A stretch of DNA of 64,000 bases from Phyllobates terribilis (Eukaryota). Below the pieces are notes generated by a model that saw nothing but the letters and a program-made list of their open reading frames with translations, searched no databases and was not told the DNA's origin. The stretch spans positions 382,540,001 through 382,604,000 of the forward strand of contig NW_027362763.1 in assembly GCF_046119375.1 (NCBI RefSeq). Direction: 5' to 3'. Numbering within the stretch: position 1 is the stretch's first letter; each line of letters opens with the position of its first letter. Below are positions 36,151 through 49,402 of the stretch, one piece after another. The position numbers and the translations under genes were made by a program.

Positions 36151-36411
36151 GTTATTTATTTATTTTACTCCCTTATATAGCACCATTAATTCCACAGCGC
36201 TTTACAGACATTATGGTCACTGTCTCCATTAGGGCTCACAATCTAGATTCCCTATCAGTATGTCTTTGGAGTGTGGGAGGAAACCGGAGAACCCGGGGGA
36301 AACCCGCACAAACACGGGGAGAACATACAAACTCCTTGCAGATGTTGTCCTTGGTGGGATTTGAACATAGGACCCCAGCGCTGCAAGGCTGCAGTGCTAA
36401 CCACTGAGCCA
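36151..36411 (-). mobile_element. tRNA-derived V-SINE
   Basis: The minus strand has an A box (TGGCTCAGTGG), a B box (GTTCAAATCC), the V-domain GGAGTTTGTATGTTCTCCCCGTG...GGTTTCCTCCCAC, and an L2-like tail TGTAAAGCGCTG...AATAA. Confidence 0.88.
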
Positions 36412-36934
36412 TTAGTTTAAGTGTTGGTTCATTAGAATTGGGCTTCCTGGCCAAAAATGCCCCATGAAGCCCAAATAGGTAGAAGACAATCGAGTGCAGG
36501 TAACTGACAGAAAACTTTCCAGCAGTATTACGATCAACCTACCTTATCTCTCTACGTATGTATTCCCCTAGTCTGTCACTGAAATAGTTTTCTTCCTAAT
36601 GCTCAAAATGTTTCTACATTGATTCTTGCAAGATGCTACTTCAGGGTTGCGATTAGACAAATATAGGGGTTAAGTATGTAGAATACACATGGTATTGTAC
36701 ATCGTAATGGCATCTGGCTATAGTGAGGGGCCATAGCCAGTGTATAACACATGCTTCTGTCCTGTAATTGTTTTATTGCAACCCTGAAGACACTGCTTAG
36801 TAAGGATGGGGATGTCAAAACACTTTGGGTGTTAGGAACAAGACTAGACAGTAGAGAACAGGTGGTTTATAGTAACACTACTGACTGCTGGTCAGTTTTG
36901 TGTCAGTTCCTGTTGTTTGCCAGTCATTTTTATT

Positions 36935-37292
36935 GGGCTTAGAGAAGAATTTTTGCCTAATCTCAATAGACCCAGAAGAAATGATCAGCTCTTTCTGGGG
37001 CCGGCTGCGGATGGATGTCCTCCATTGTGGAGCAGAGCTGCACAGCTCTGTCACCTGTATAGTGGCCACTGCCAGGTACTGCACGTCCGCGCCCTTTTGA
37101 TGCAAATAGAGGATGGATGTGCAGTACCTGGCCGTGGCCACTATACAGGTGACAGAGCTGTGCAGCTCCGCACCTGAACACAACTGGCTGCTGGGTAAGT
37201 AGATTGGCAGGGGTGCCAGGCATCGCACCCCACTGATATTGATGACCTATCCTAAGGGTAGGCCATCCAGTATAAAAATCCCAGACAACCCC
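36935..37292. mobile_element. T2-type MITE with a long central hairpin
   Basis: ~55-bp near-perfect inverted arms at about 37035-37090 and 37115-37170. Ends in a ...ACAACCCCCTTTAA motif. Confidence 0.6.
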
Positions 37293-37959
37293 CTTTAACC
37301 CTGCGTGATGCCTTGTATGAATGCATTTACAACCGTGTGTTGCCAATACAAATGCTGATAAGTTTATAGGGACACGCCGTAAGTGCTAACACCCAGTTGT
37401 CAATCTATTGATAACTTTATTTTAGGAGGAATAACCTCAAGTAAAAGTACATCATACAGTTCTAGGGCAAGATTCTCCAGAATTATTCACAAAGAATGGA
37501 AGGGTTTACTAAACCAGGGAGGACCTCTTGAATAACATCCAGCACATGAAGAAATTATTAAAGTCTAAATGAATAACTAGATCTTATTTGGGGAGGAGGG
37601 TTTATATAAAGGGGTTGACCACTATTTTATGTGTCCCTTTTATATAAGCTAATTGCCATAGATCAGCATTTCACTAAATACTTAGGTTTGCCAAATCCTG
37701 CTGTAATCTGAGCTGCTCTTCTGGTCACACGATCTCTGGGTGAGAATCTCCTTCTTCCTGTGATGTCACTACAGATTCTCCCTTAGTTCTGGGCCTTGGA
37801 AGCGGAGGAGTTGGGGTGACTTATTGCATCGCAGTGTGGTGGGTGGACGGTGCTCCATTCTGCAGTGCTCAGGCTGTTACTGTGCGGATGTACTGCTGCT
37901 TCTCTCTCTCCCAAGGAAAATATCAACACAAACCAAATATATCTATCTATCTCTATCAT

Positions 37960-38640
37960 GTTAATATCTTCCCTTCCATTAATTGGTATACTCAAATCAT
38001 AAGGACCCTAGGGCCTCCTTTCGACTTTATATACTTATATGCTATCCACAGGTGTAGAATCCAATCCATTAGCAGTTAGAGAGAAATGGTTGCTTTTGAT
38101 TCCCCACATCCAGAATGAAGACTGGGAAGAAATATTGAAACCCCCAACTCGAGTTTCCCCATCCGTTAACAAAATGATTCCTCTATACATTCATCAAATG
38201 TATCGTACCCCGGTTAGGCTATTCCGAATGGGGCGGTCTCGGACCTCAAAGTGCCCAAGATGTCATGTATCGGATGCTAATTTAGTACACATGATATGGG
38301 GATGCCCAGTTATTTTGCCCTATTGGCATGAAATAATCTCCTTTCTGGCTTCTCTAATATCGATCCTGATCCCCTTTGACCCCTGATATGTCTATTTGGT
38401 ATTTTGGAGGAAGACACCTGGAATCGTTATATGAAAATTTTTCTACGAGAAACATTATTCCTACCACAGAAATTGATAGCAATGCGATGGATGGGCGGTT
38501 CTTCCCTGACCTTGAGGTCCTGGATCAAATTAGTTAATTGAATAATACCCTATGAAAGCACAGCTTATCAAAATAGAGGGTGCACAGAGAAATTTGATCA
38601 GATGTGGGACTTTTTGAACTCATCTCTACGTACTATTTAG
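37960..38640 (+). mobile_element. 5'-truncated L1 ORF2 C-terminal fragment
   Basis: EKW...EDWEEIL...YRTPVRL...KCPRCHVSDANLVHMIWGCP. Confidence 0.8.
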
Positions 38641-38766
38641 GCATATGACTATGATACCTAGTAATGGGCTTGGTGTGTTTTTATATTAGAGGCAACACTG
38701 CGTTTTTGAGAGAGAATTAGAATTCTATCTTGTATCGACAAGTTATCATTTGCATAGGAGGCCGAC

Positions 38767-40133
38767 GCCCTTTGGAATAAATAACTGCAATCAATCGCTT
38801 CCTATAACCATCAGCAAGCTTTTTACACCTCTCAACTGGCATTTTGGACCACTCTTCTTTTGAAAACTGCTCAATGCCTCTCATATTTGAAGGATGCCTT
38901 CTCCCAACAGCAATTTCAAGATCTTTACACAGGTGTTCAATCGGATTTAGATCTGGACTCACTGCTGGCTACTTCAGAACTCTCTAGCACTATGTTTCCA
39001 TTCATTTCTGGATGCTTCTTAAAGTATGTTTGGGATCAATGTCCTGCTGGAAGACCCATGACCTAAGACACAGCCCAGCTTTCTGACCCTGGGCACTACA
39101 TTGCGACCCAAAATCCTTTGGTAATCTTCAGGTTTCACTATACCTTTCATACAGTCAAGGCACCTAGTGCCAGAGGCAGCAAAACAACCCCAAAAATCTT
39201 TGCACCTCCACCATATTTGACTGCAGGTACTGTGTTCTTTTCTTTGTAAGTTTCATTCCGTTCTCAATAAACAGTAGAATGATGTGCTTTACCAAAAAGC
39301 TCTATCTTGGTCTCATCTGTTCACAAGATGCTTTCCCAGAAGGATTTTGGCTTACTTACATTTTGGCAAACTGCAGTATAGATTTTTTATTTCTTGGTCA
39401 GCAGTGGGGTCCTCTTGGGTCTCCTGCCATAGCGTTTCATTTCATTGAAATGTCGCCAGATAGTTTACGCTGACACTGATGACAGCTTGAATTTCTTTGG
39501 AACTTGAATGGGGCTGCTTATCCACCATCCGGACAATCCTGCGTTGCAACCTTTTCATCAGTTTTTCTCTGCTGTCCACGTCCAGGGAAATTAGCTATAG
39601 TGCATAGGTTGTAAACTTCTTGATTATGTTGCGCATCATGGACAGAGGATCATCAAGATTTCTGGAGATGGACTTGTAGCCTTAAGATTGTTGATATTGT
39701 TTAACAATTTTGGTTCTCAAGTCCTCAGACAGTTCCTTTCTCCTTTTTCTGTTCTCCATGATTAGTGTGGCACAGACACACACAATTCAAGGATTGAGTC
39801 AGCTTCTCCTTTTTTATTTGGTTTCAGGTGTGATTTTCATATTGCCCACACCTGTTACTTGCTACAGGTGAGTTTAAACGATCATCACACGCTTGAAACA
39901 AAGTTGTTTACCCACAATTTTGGAAAGGTGCCAACAATTTTGTCCTGTCCATTTTTTGGGGGTTTTGTGTGACACTGTCCAATTTGCCTTTTTCTTCCTT
40001 TTTTGTGTTGTTCTAATACACGCAAAGGAAATAAACGTGTAAAACAAAACATGTGTAATTGCAATAATTTTCTGGAGAAATACTTCATTCTCTATAAAAA
40101 TTTCAAGGGTGCCAACACTTTCGGCCATGATTG
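38767..40133 (-). mobile_element. Degraded Tc1 transposon
   Basis: Minus-strand [10 protein letters not shown]...EEWSKMP. TIR ...GGTGCCAACACTTTCGGCCATGATTG then TA. Same family as 5846-6425. Confidence 0.82.
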
Positions 40134-40525
40134 TATAACCCCATCCCACCTTTCACAGCTTTCTGCTTATGAAAGCTTGCTGTGTATTTTGTGCAATCAG
40201 TAGTGTGAGCAGGGTTATACAAAGCTCAGCATTTGGAGAAGTGCTTGATTTGCTGCAACTAAAACAGTGATTTTATCGAAACAGCGGCAGACGGCCCAAT
40301 AAGTAACACATTCCTTGAATCAGGGTCTCTGCCCCTACACCACGCTTCTCCAAGTTGGGGCAGCAAAACCTGGTGACAGAACACTTTAAAAGGGTTATCC
40401 AGTTAAAAAACAACAACATTTTTTCATAACTCAGAATGCCACAGTGTGTTTGGCACTAGAGGACCCTCAAGTCCTGAAGTAGTCCGACTGCTCATTTCTT
40501 TCATAAGGCACTGTGCAATACTTAA

Positions 40526-41099
40526 AGGGGTTGTGCCACCATAAAGAATACTTTTAACCATGCAGAAAATGTGGAAATAAATGGTTTTGTAATTTTACAT
40601 TTATTAAAAATGATGCTGCATTCAATAAATGCCAAGCTTTTATTTTCTGATGTATTCTCCCTAGCGCCCCCTGGCGTTATTCCATTCCATCCTCATAGTG
40701 GGCTTCACAGAGCTGTGAGCTCGATAACCGAGAGACGCTTCCCGTGCTCACAGCTCTGTGAAGCAGAAAGATCTCACCCAGAGGGGGTTGAGAAGACTCA
40801 CTCGCGCTTCTGTCCTTTCAGGTATCTGCTCCCTGCGCTGTCAGACTTGTATGAGGGAGATTACGTTGTGCACACTGGTTGTGGGGAGTTGAGGGGGCCT
40901 CTTATGAGCAAACTTGACCAGCTGATCGATCACTACAAGAATGGAATGGAATAACGCCAAGGGGCCCCAGGGAGCATACTTCAGAAGATAAAAGCTTACT
41001 ATTTATTGAATGCAACATGATTTTAATGTAAAATACAAAACCATTTATTTCCACATTTTCTGCTTTGTTAAAAGTATTCTTTATGGTGGCACAACCCTT
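40526..41099. mobile_element. T2/Kolobok-type MITE with long TIRs
   Basis: TTAA|AGGGGTTGTGCCACCATAAAGAATACTTTTAA... mirrored over more than 100 bp at the right end, followed by TTAA. Confidence 0.85.
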
Positions 41100-41225
41100 T
41101 TAATTTTCCCTGTGTTGCTGCAGGGAAGCTGAATACTGCCAGGTTTCTTAGTTGATCGCCAGAGGTCCCAGCAGGGGAATATTTTTTGATCCGCTTATTG
41201 ACCAGGGACCCTTCTTAATCAAATA

Positions 41226-42418
41226 ATTTTTTTTTATTGAAAAACTCCAAATACAAATTTTCCATCTTTCAAATAACATAAATGACATAAGAATTCCATA
41301 GTATAGAACACGAACAAAGTATCTCCACTTCAATTCCCTAACCCACCCTAAACCCAAATCCCAACATTCCGGAGAGAACCATTTTCAGAGCAGTTCTAGA
41401 ATAACTGAGTATAAACTCGTAGAAGGGGGAAGAAAATGTTAGTGACTAACAAAGGGATAACCTCTTTAATATTCTATCTCCAATTAGAAGATTTGTGGGC
41501 AACCCTGGAGTATCCAACTAAGGACTCCATATCTTTTCGAATTTGCGAATAGTTACGTTTATGATAGACTCCTCTTTCCACAACCAGATTATATTATTTA
41601 TTCTTCGTTGTAGCTCTCCCATAGATGGAGGTTGTGTGTCTAACCAGTGAAATACTAGAAGTTTGCGCTTTTGAAGTAAGATACGAGAGATACCTATGAA
41701 TAGAGGCAAGTCGGGATCCACTCCATCCTCAAATATTCCCAATATACGGGGATCTGTTTAACTTTTTCATTCCATACACCCTTTCTATCAAGGATATGAC
41801 CTCATTCCAATATGGGCCTCTCTGTCTACACTCCCACATCATATGCATCAAATGTGCCTCATCAATCCCACACCTAGGGCATTTTGCCTCATGGTGATAT
41901 CCTATCTTGTGTAAAAAGCTTGGAGGTTTGTATACTCTGTGAATTAAATATAGTTGAGAGAGCCTTTGGGCCTCACAGGGAGACAATTTGGGTACAGTTT
42001 CTAGAATCTCTCTCCATTGCTACATCGATATAGGGCCTACATCCCCCTCCCATTTAGCTTTAACTGTCAGAGGGTGATTATTCAGTTGGGATGACAATAG
42101 GCATTTATATATGGTAGAAATTAAACCCTTTGTATGACCTGTAGAAGCAATGGTATCTATTAGGGGATGATGATGTATGCCAAAATCCATCAGACCCGAT
42201 TGAGCTGAAAGAGCATGTCGTATTTGTAGGTATTCGTAAAAAGTGTTAGCAATAAATTGAATTCCTCTTGGAGCTGTTGAAGACTTTTAAGGACAGCGTT
42301 TGTAAATAATTGTTCTATCGACCAGATCCCTTTTTGCTCCCAATCAGAAAAACCCTTAAACTTTGATACTTCACCCAAATTGGGATTATGCCATAGCGGT
42401 GTGTATTTGGTGAATCCC
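41226..42418 (-). mobile_element. L1 3' fragment with poly(A)
   Basis: PLWHNPNL, QRLSQLYLIHRVY...KCPRCGIDEAHLMHMMWEC on the minus strand. T-run at 41227-41236. Confidence 0.82.
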
Positions 42419-43951
42419 TTAACCCCTTTAAAGCCCAAGAAGTATTAATGCGCGTCTGCGCCCTGGGCTTTAAGAGCCTGACCCGTATTACTACGTCTTT
42501 GCGATCGCGCCCGCACACAGGATGTCACAGCTGACACCCGGTGCTATGTGCAGGGAGCGGTCCCACAAAACTCCCGGCACATTAACCCCCACAATGCTGC
42601 GATCAAAGTGGATCGCAGCATTGCGGTGGCAAGGGGATGTGATCGCAATATTCACCTCCTCTTCCGGCCTCCAGCGCTGTCTGCCGCGGCTTCCCGGATG
42701 TTGCCAAGATGACCCGATGTCGTCATGACAACATCCGGGTCACCAGACAGCAGGAAGATATTTTGGTCATGCGCAGTGCATGACCAAACTATCTTCTCCC
42801 TGTGCAACGCTGACAGCCTGCATAGCACAGGGATGGTGCTCCATCCCTATGCTATACAGGCGATAAGAATAAAAAAAGGGAAAGTCCCATAGTGGGACAA
42901 ACAATAAAAGTAAAAAAAAGTGTCAAAGTGAAAAAAAAAAAAGAAAAAATAAATAAAAAAAATACCCCAAAAATAAAAATATAATGTACCCATCAATAAA
43001 TATTATGAAAAAAAAAAAAAACCCAAAAACAATAAAAGTACACACATTTGGTATCGCCGTGTCCGGAACGACCTGACCTATAAAATTGTCCCACTAGTTA
43101 CCCCCTTCAGAGAACACGTTAAAAAAAAAAAAAAAAAAAAAAGCAAAAGACAATGCTTTATCATCATACCGCCAAACAAAAAATGGAATAACATGCGATC
43201 AAAAAGACGAATCTAAATAAAAATGGTACCGCTGAAGACGTCATTTCGTCCCGCAAAAAAACAAGCTGCCATACAGCTCCATCAGCCGAAAAATAGTTAT
43301 AGCTCTCAGAGTAAAGCGATGCAAAAAAATATTTTTTTTTTATATAAAATTGCTTTTATGTAAAAGCGCCAAAACATAGAAAAACTATATAAATGTGGTA
43401 CCGCTGTAAACGTACTGACTCGAAGAATAAAGCTACTTACTAAGTTTACCTCACGCAGAACAGAATACAAAAATAGAAAAAAACAATTCCTGAATTGTTG
43501 TTTTTTGTTTATTCTGCCTCCCAAAAATCGGAATAGAAAGCGATCAAAAAATGTCACGTGCCTGAAAATGGCACCAATAACTACGTCAACTCATCCCGCA
43601 AAAAACAAGCTGTCACATGACTGTCGGCCAAAATATGGAAAAAATATAGCTTTCAAAATATGGCGATGCAAAAACTAGGTTTTGCAAAAAAATGCGTCTT
43701 AGTGTGTGACAGCTGTCAATCATAAAAACCCGATATGATTCTGGTATTGCTGTAATCGCACTGAACCGAAGAATAAAGTCGTCTAATCACTTATACCGCA
43801 CGAGGAATGGCGTAAAAAATAAACTCTCGTGTTAGGGTTGTGCTGGGGTTGGGGTTGGGGTTGGTCTAGGGTTGAGGTGGAGTTGGGTTAGGGTTGGGAT
43901 TTTTTTCTAAAGTTTTTAAAAAAAAAAAAAAAAAAATGACGATATGGCAAC

Positions 43952-44239
43952 TAGTGTTGAGCACAAGTGCTCGCTACTTGAGTTTACATTGGGTGCTCGG
44001 GTATGCATTGAGTATTGCGGGTGCTCGAGTCTCCGCCCCATATGCTTCGCGGGCAGAAAAACCTCGCTGGAATTGCCTGCCATGCACGAGCGATCCCCCG
44101 CATGTATTTTTTTGGGTGTCTAATAACCGTGAAACATGTGGGCGGGGACTCGAGCATGTCACTCGAGCACCCACGATACATGGTGCATACCTGAGTACCC
44201 GATGCAAACTCAAGTAGCGAGCACTTGTGCTCAAGACTA
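43952..44239. mobile_element. hAT-type MITE
   Basis: TAGTGTTGAGCACAAGTGCTCGCTACTTGAG mirrored at the right end. 8-bp TSD ATGGCAAC/ATGACAAC (1 mismatch). Confidence 0.85.
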
Positions 44240-44995
44240 ATGACAACTTATTCAATATGATGACCTAATGTTATCAAATTCTGTGTCGTACCTCTGGGTT
44301 CAAAATGTTCACTATACCCCTTGATAAAATCCTTGAGGGGTCTAGTTTCCAAAATAGTGTCACTTGTGGGGGGTTTCCACTGTTTAGGCACATCAGGGGC
44401 ACATCCGATAATTATTCAAGCAAATTTTACATTCAAAAAGTCAAATGGCGCTCCTTCCCTTCCGAACCCTGCCGTATGCCCAAGCAGTGGTTTTCGCCCA
44501 CATATGGGGTATCTGCTTACTCAGGAGAAATTGCATGGTGCAATTTCTCCTGTTACCCTTATGAAAATGCAAAATTGGGGGCTGAAAAACATTTTTGTGG
44601 GAAAAATGTGAAAATGTTATTTTTACGGCTCAATGTTCTAAGTGAAGTACCTGGGAGTTCAAGGTGCTCACCACACATCTAGATAAGTTCCCTGAGGGTA
44701 TAGTTTCCAAAATGGTGTTACTTGTGGAGGTTTCCACTATTTAGGCACACAGGGACTCCACAAATGCAACATGGCGTCGGCTAATTATTCAAGCAAATTT
44801 TAAATTCAATAAGACAAATGGCGCTCCTTCCCTTCCGAACCCTGCCGTGCTCCAAAACAGTGTTTTTTCCCCACATATGGGTTATCTGCGTGCCCAGGGG
44901 AAATTGCACAACAAATTTTGGGGTCCATTTTTTCCTGTTACCCCTGTGGAAAAAAAAAGGGTCTAAAGTAACATTTTCTTGCCATAATACAAATT

Positions 44996-46196
44996 CCAAC
45001 AGTCTATTCAGTAGGACTATCAGCTGTGTATCCACCAGACTTCTGCACAACACAACTGATGGTCCCAACCCCATTTATAAGGCAAGAAATCCCACTTATT
45101 AAACCTGACAGGGCACACCTGTGAAGTGAAAACCATTTCCGGTGACTACCTCTTGAAGCTCATCAAGAGAATGCCAAGAGTGTGCAAAGCAGTCATCAAA
45201 GCAAAAGGTGGCTACTTTGAAGAACCTAGAATATAAGACATATTTTCAGTTGTTTCACACTTTTTTGTTAAGTATATAATTCCACATGTGTTAATTCATA
45301 GTTTTGATGCCTTCAGTGTGAGGCTATGTGCCCACGATGCAGAAATGAAGCAGAAAATTTCTGCAGCATTTCTGCATCTCCCTGGCAGAAAAAACGCTTG
45401 CAAACAAATTCTGCATGCTTTTTTCCTGCGGAATACATGCGGATTCACATGCGTTTCCTCATGCAGATTGACGAGCGCTTTCCAGGCGATAGCATCACTT
45501 GGAAAGTGCTTGACAACTAGGTCACACTGTATAAATCCTTGCAAACAGCATATATTTATATAGTGTGACCGTAAAACAATGTTTAAAATAAAGCTATACT
45601 CACCCCCGATGCCCCGGCGTGTGCTGCAGCGCTCATTCCTGTCTGGTTCCCGGCTGCCGGCATATCGCGAGACACAGCGGTGAATGGCCTGCGGTCACAT
45701 GACTGTGACGTCACCGAAGGTCCTTCAGCACTGCCGGCATTCAGAGAGAAGCCGCCGGACAGGTGAATATAACTTTATTTATTATTTTATTCTTTTTTTT
45801 ACAGGTACAATGGCACCCAGGTCAGGATGAGAGTCTTCTCTCCTCCAGAACTGGGTACCATCCGCACATTGAATCGCATATTATCCACGTGTACAAATGT
45901 ACAGACACAGATTCTATGCATCTCAATGCAAGTCAATGGCGGCGCTTCCGCAAAATTAATGAACATGCTGCGGATTTATGAGCGCTGCGGAAAAATCCGC
46001 AGCATGTGCATTGACACTGCGGACCATGGAGTGCGGATTACCAAGCGTTTTTGATGCGTTTCCGCTGCGGAAATTCCGCAGCGGAAACGCATGAAAAACG
46101 CATCGTGGGCACCCAGCCTGAATGTACAATTTTCATAGTCATGAAAATACAGAAAAATCTTTAAATGAGGTGTGTCCAAACTTTTGGTCTGTATTG
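44996..46196 (+). mobile_element. Tc1-derived non-autonomous element right end, split by a Harbinger MITE
   Basis: AGAATGCCAAGAGTGTGCAAAGCAGTCATCAAAGCAAAAGGTGGCTACTTTGAAGAA... resumes after 46121 and ends GGTGTGTCCAAACTTTTGGTCTGTATTG then TA. Confidence 0.78.
45322..46118. mobile_element. PIF/Harbinger MITE
   Basis: TIR GGCTATGTGCCCACGATGC / GCATCGTGGGCACCCAGCC and 3-bp TSD TGA. Confidence 0.88.
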
Positions 46197-47699
46197 TATT
46201 TATTTATTTATTTATTTATTTTTAAATCTCAATATTGTTACAACTTTTTTTCCCCCACTTTTTTAAATCTTTTTACTTAGTCCCACTATGGGACTTTCAC
46301 TTTCTGCAGTCTGATTGCTGTTATAAGCCATAGCAAGGCAGGATTACTGCTATGCCTTATAGCTGTCAGCCCTGCAGACATAAGTTAGTTAGATCAAGCA
46401 CTGCGCATAATCTAACCACCTTGCTAGTGCCTGGTGACCGGATTTCACCTTCTCAACGATCGGGACCCCACGATGACGTTGCGGGGTCTCCGATCCAAGA
46501 GCTTAGAGGCTTTTGTCCCCCTGCCTGCTTGCTAAATTCTGCGATCACAGCATTTTAAGGGGGTAAAGTGCCGTGAGCGGTGCGGGCACCGCTCCTGGCA
46601 CTGAGTGTCAGCTGTCAGAATCAGCTGATCCATATGTCTCAGGTCGGTAAGTACCAGGCCACAGAGACATATGGATACGTCTCATGTCAGAAAGGGGTTA
46701 AAGGGATAATCATTCAAAGTTTAAAAATTGTGAAAGTTTTTGTCAAATTTCTGATTACATTTTGCTCTCATTTATAAAAAATATTGACCTAAATTTACCA
46801 TTATCATAAAATATAATGTCACAAAACAGTCTCAGAATCACTGGGATACGTTAAAATATTCCGGAGTAATCACATAAAGTGACACGTCAGATTTGAAAAA
46901 TTTGGCTTGATGCATCTGCTGCTAAAGTCTTTGTGCCAGATACCACAGAATATTCGTTAAGAGGTCTTGTGGAGCCAAGGCCTAGACTGTTCAGGGCAGG
47001 GATGTGCACAGTATCAGGCATGGGGGTTTAATGTTATGGTTTATTGGCATATATATATATATATATATATAATGTGACCGCAATTATCTTAATGATATCT
47101 TTCTAAATGCTTTTAATCGTTTTTACTCTTACTGCTATGTCTGCTAGTACTGAAAATCCCAGATTTTTTTTACGCTGCTAATAAGACAGAGGTAAGACGT
47201 GTTTCATGTTGTTGTGAAATACTTACCTGTTCTGGTCCTCCCTATGTAGGTTACAGCAGAGTTTACACTAATTGACCACTATTCGTAAATGTGAGCTTCC
47301 TTCTCTTCTGATTACACAAGTGATTCTGGGTCCAGCAAAAATCCTAATGAGCACATTTTCTGTGGATCAGTTTCAGTATGAATCTCCATTAGAAGGGGAA
47401 AATCAAGCGATTTCAATGAGACTTGATTATTAGTGATAAACTAGCCAGGGCCAGATTTCACAAACTGTCCTGATTGTGGGGTTTCATCATACAACAGTAA
47501 AAAGATGTGAGAGAAAACCTCTTGTAACCAGGGATCCTGGGGGCAAAAATAGCTAATTGATTAAAGGGATCAGAGGACATTTTCAAGAATTGTACCGGAC
47601 CAAACCTTTACCATTCTGATAAAGGGTCAAATCTGTTTAAAACATTGTACCCTTCCTGTCATGTCAGCAGTTTAGGCTGGTGGAAGTGTCAAAAATGCG

Positions 47700-48126
47700 C
47701 TGATGCCTGTGGTTGGACGGTAGGGCTCATCTCTATGCCTTGTGGCCAACCAAGTACATTCCTTCATGGCAGCTGTTCACTATGGTGGAAGGACACGGAG
47801 AGCAGGTAGATGCCCTGTGTCACAAGGTCTTATAATCATGGATTGCTTCCAGGAACATGTGAGTTTTTCTTGCTTCCTTGGCCTTCACAGTCCCTAGATC
47901 TTAATCCTATAGAGAATTTCTGGGATGAGGTAGAACAGACAGTTTGTACCTTTGTCTAATTTGCAGCAATGGCAAGGAGCTTTCCTGTCTATATGGATAA
48001 TTATTTTGACAGAACAATTTTATCACCTAATGTAATCTATGTCACGGTGAACTGTTTCGGTTTTGTAGGCCACAGGAGATCAACATGCTGCTAGATGGGT
48101 GTCTGTAATAAAGTGGCCATGCAGTG
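47700..48126 (+). mobile_element. Old Tc1 relic
   Basis: Degenerate LPWPSQSLDLNPIENFWDEVE. Ends TAATAAAGTGGCCATGCAGTG then TA. Confidence 0.65.
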
Positions 48127-49402
48127 TACATTGGTCTGTAGTCTGATGTTCATTTTAACAACTTTACATCATTGTAAGGGAGGCTGTGTCAAAGGAAACT
48201 TATTTAGTAAACAGTATTAATAGGATGCCCCTCATTCAGTCTGTACGGTTTCCATCGCTAACATATGTTTTTAATGAAGTGAATTACATTCGTGCTTTTT
48301 CATTGGTCCATTCAAACTCCCCACTGAAATTGTACAGGTATGGCTGCATTCACACATCTGTATACGGACTGCCCAGATTGGTTCTCTTGACCCAAACTTA
48401 ACAGCCTATTTGCGCATTGTGGCCCTTACACTGACCATAAAATAATTTTTTTGTTATTGAAATGTTGCAGAAATGGTAAATTGGATAATATACGTAGTAG
48501 CCTAGTACATTGGTAGCCTGTCAGCAAAGACCGGAGCAGTGGTGCTGGAGCAGGGGAAGGTAAGTATTGCTGAGTTACTTTGGGGTCATTCCATTTCAGG
48601 TGAACCAATGCAATTTTCCTCTGTTTTTCATTCTTTTGAGATTTTGTTCTTTGCTAATATTGTATTAGAGAATGCAAAATGTGAAGAAAAAACTTCTATG
48701 TACTTTTATTTTTATTAATTTTCAAAGTTTTGAAAAAATGCGTCTTTGTGTTGCATGCCTTTTACTTTTCTCCTCATAAACCAGGCCAGAACCAAGATAG
48801 AGAAGCGAAAAAACACCATTATAATCAGAGCTGTCCAGGCTTTCACACGATATGTCACAAGAGTATCTTTGTTAATATTTTACACATACATACTCAAGTG
48901 CCAAATTTTAAAAAGCATTTCCAAAAGAACTATGATATAAAATTTTCAAAAAATTCACATGTGCCTCCTTTGCTCCTAGTAAGGTATTATTTGAATCAGG
49001 AGATAATAATACTAATTTGGTCAGACCCATTGTGGATACCACATGCACCATGGACTCGCCAGCATTAGAGGTAAAAAATTCTGCCTTGTTTCTAACTGCG
49101 CCCATGTTAGATACGGCTAACATAGCAATGAGATCTACACCATTATTTGGCCCATTTAAGCCACCAATAACAATGAAAGATTCAAAAATCATTCAGTTTT
49201 TTCAAGTGGCACCAGGGCGCCACCCAAAAAGAAAAAGAGGACACGTGGATGTAGAGGAGGTAGAGGGATCTCGGGTAATAGCCGTGACCTCGGAATCCCT
49301 AATCGCCAAGAAAACAAAGGTATAGGTGAGGTAGCATCCAGCTCACAAATTTCGGAGACTAGTGATTTAAGATCCTGTGGTATATTTAATCTTTCAAGTC
49401 AC

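Larger units (their letters stand above)
42423..46697. mobile_element. Large non-autonomous TTAA-targeting (piggyBac-like) element containing nested insertions
   Basis: TTAA|CCCCTTT ... AAAGGGG|TTAA. Only the terminal 7 bp are inverted-identical, so pairing of the two ends is tentative. Confidence 0.5.

Noticed and set aside
43829-43898. Possible interstitial telomeric repeat
   Set aside because: Only two exact TTAGGG within a short degenerate G-rich patch inside a repeat element.
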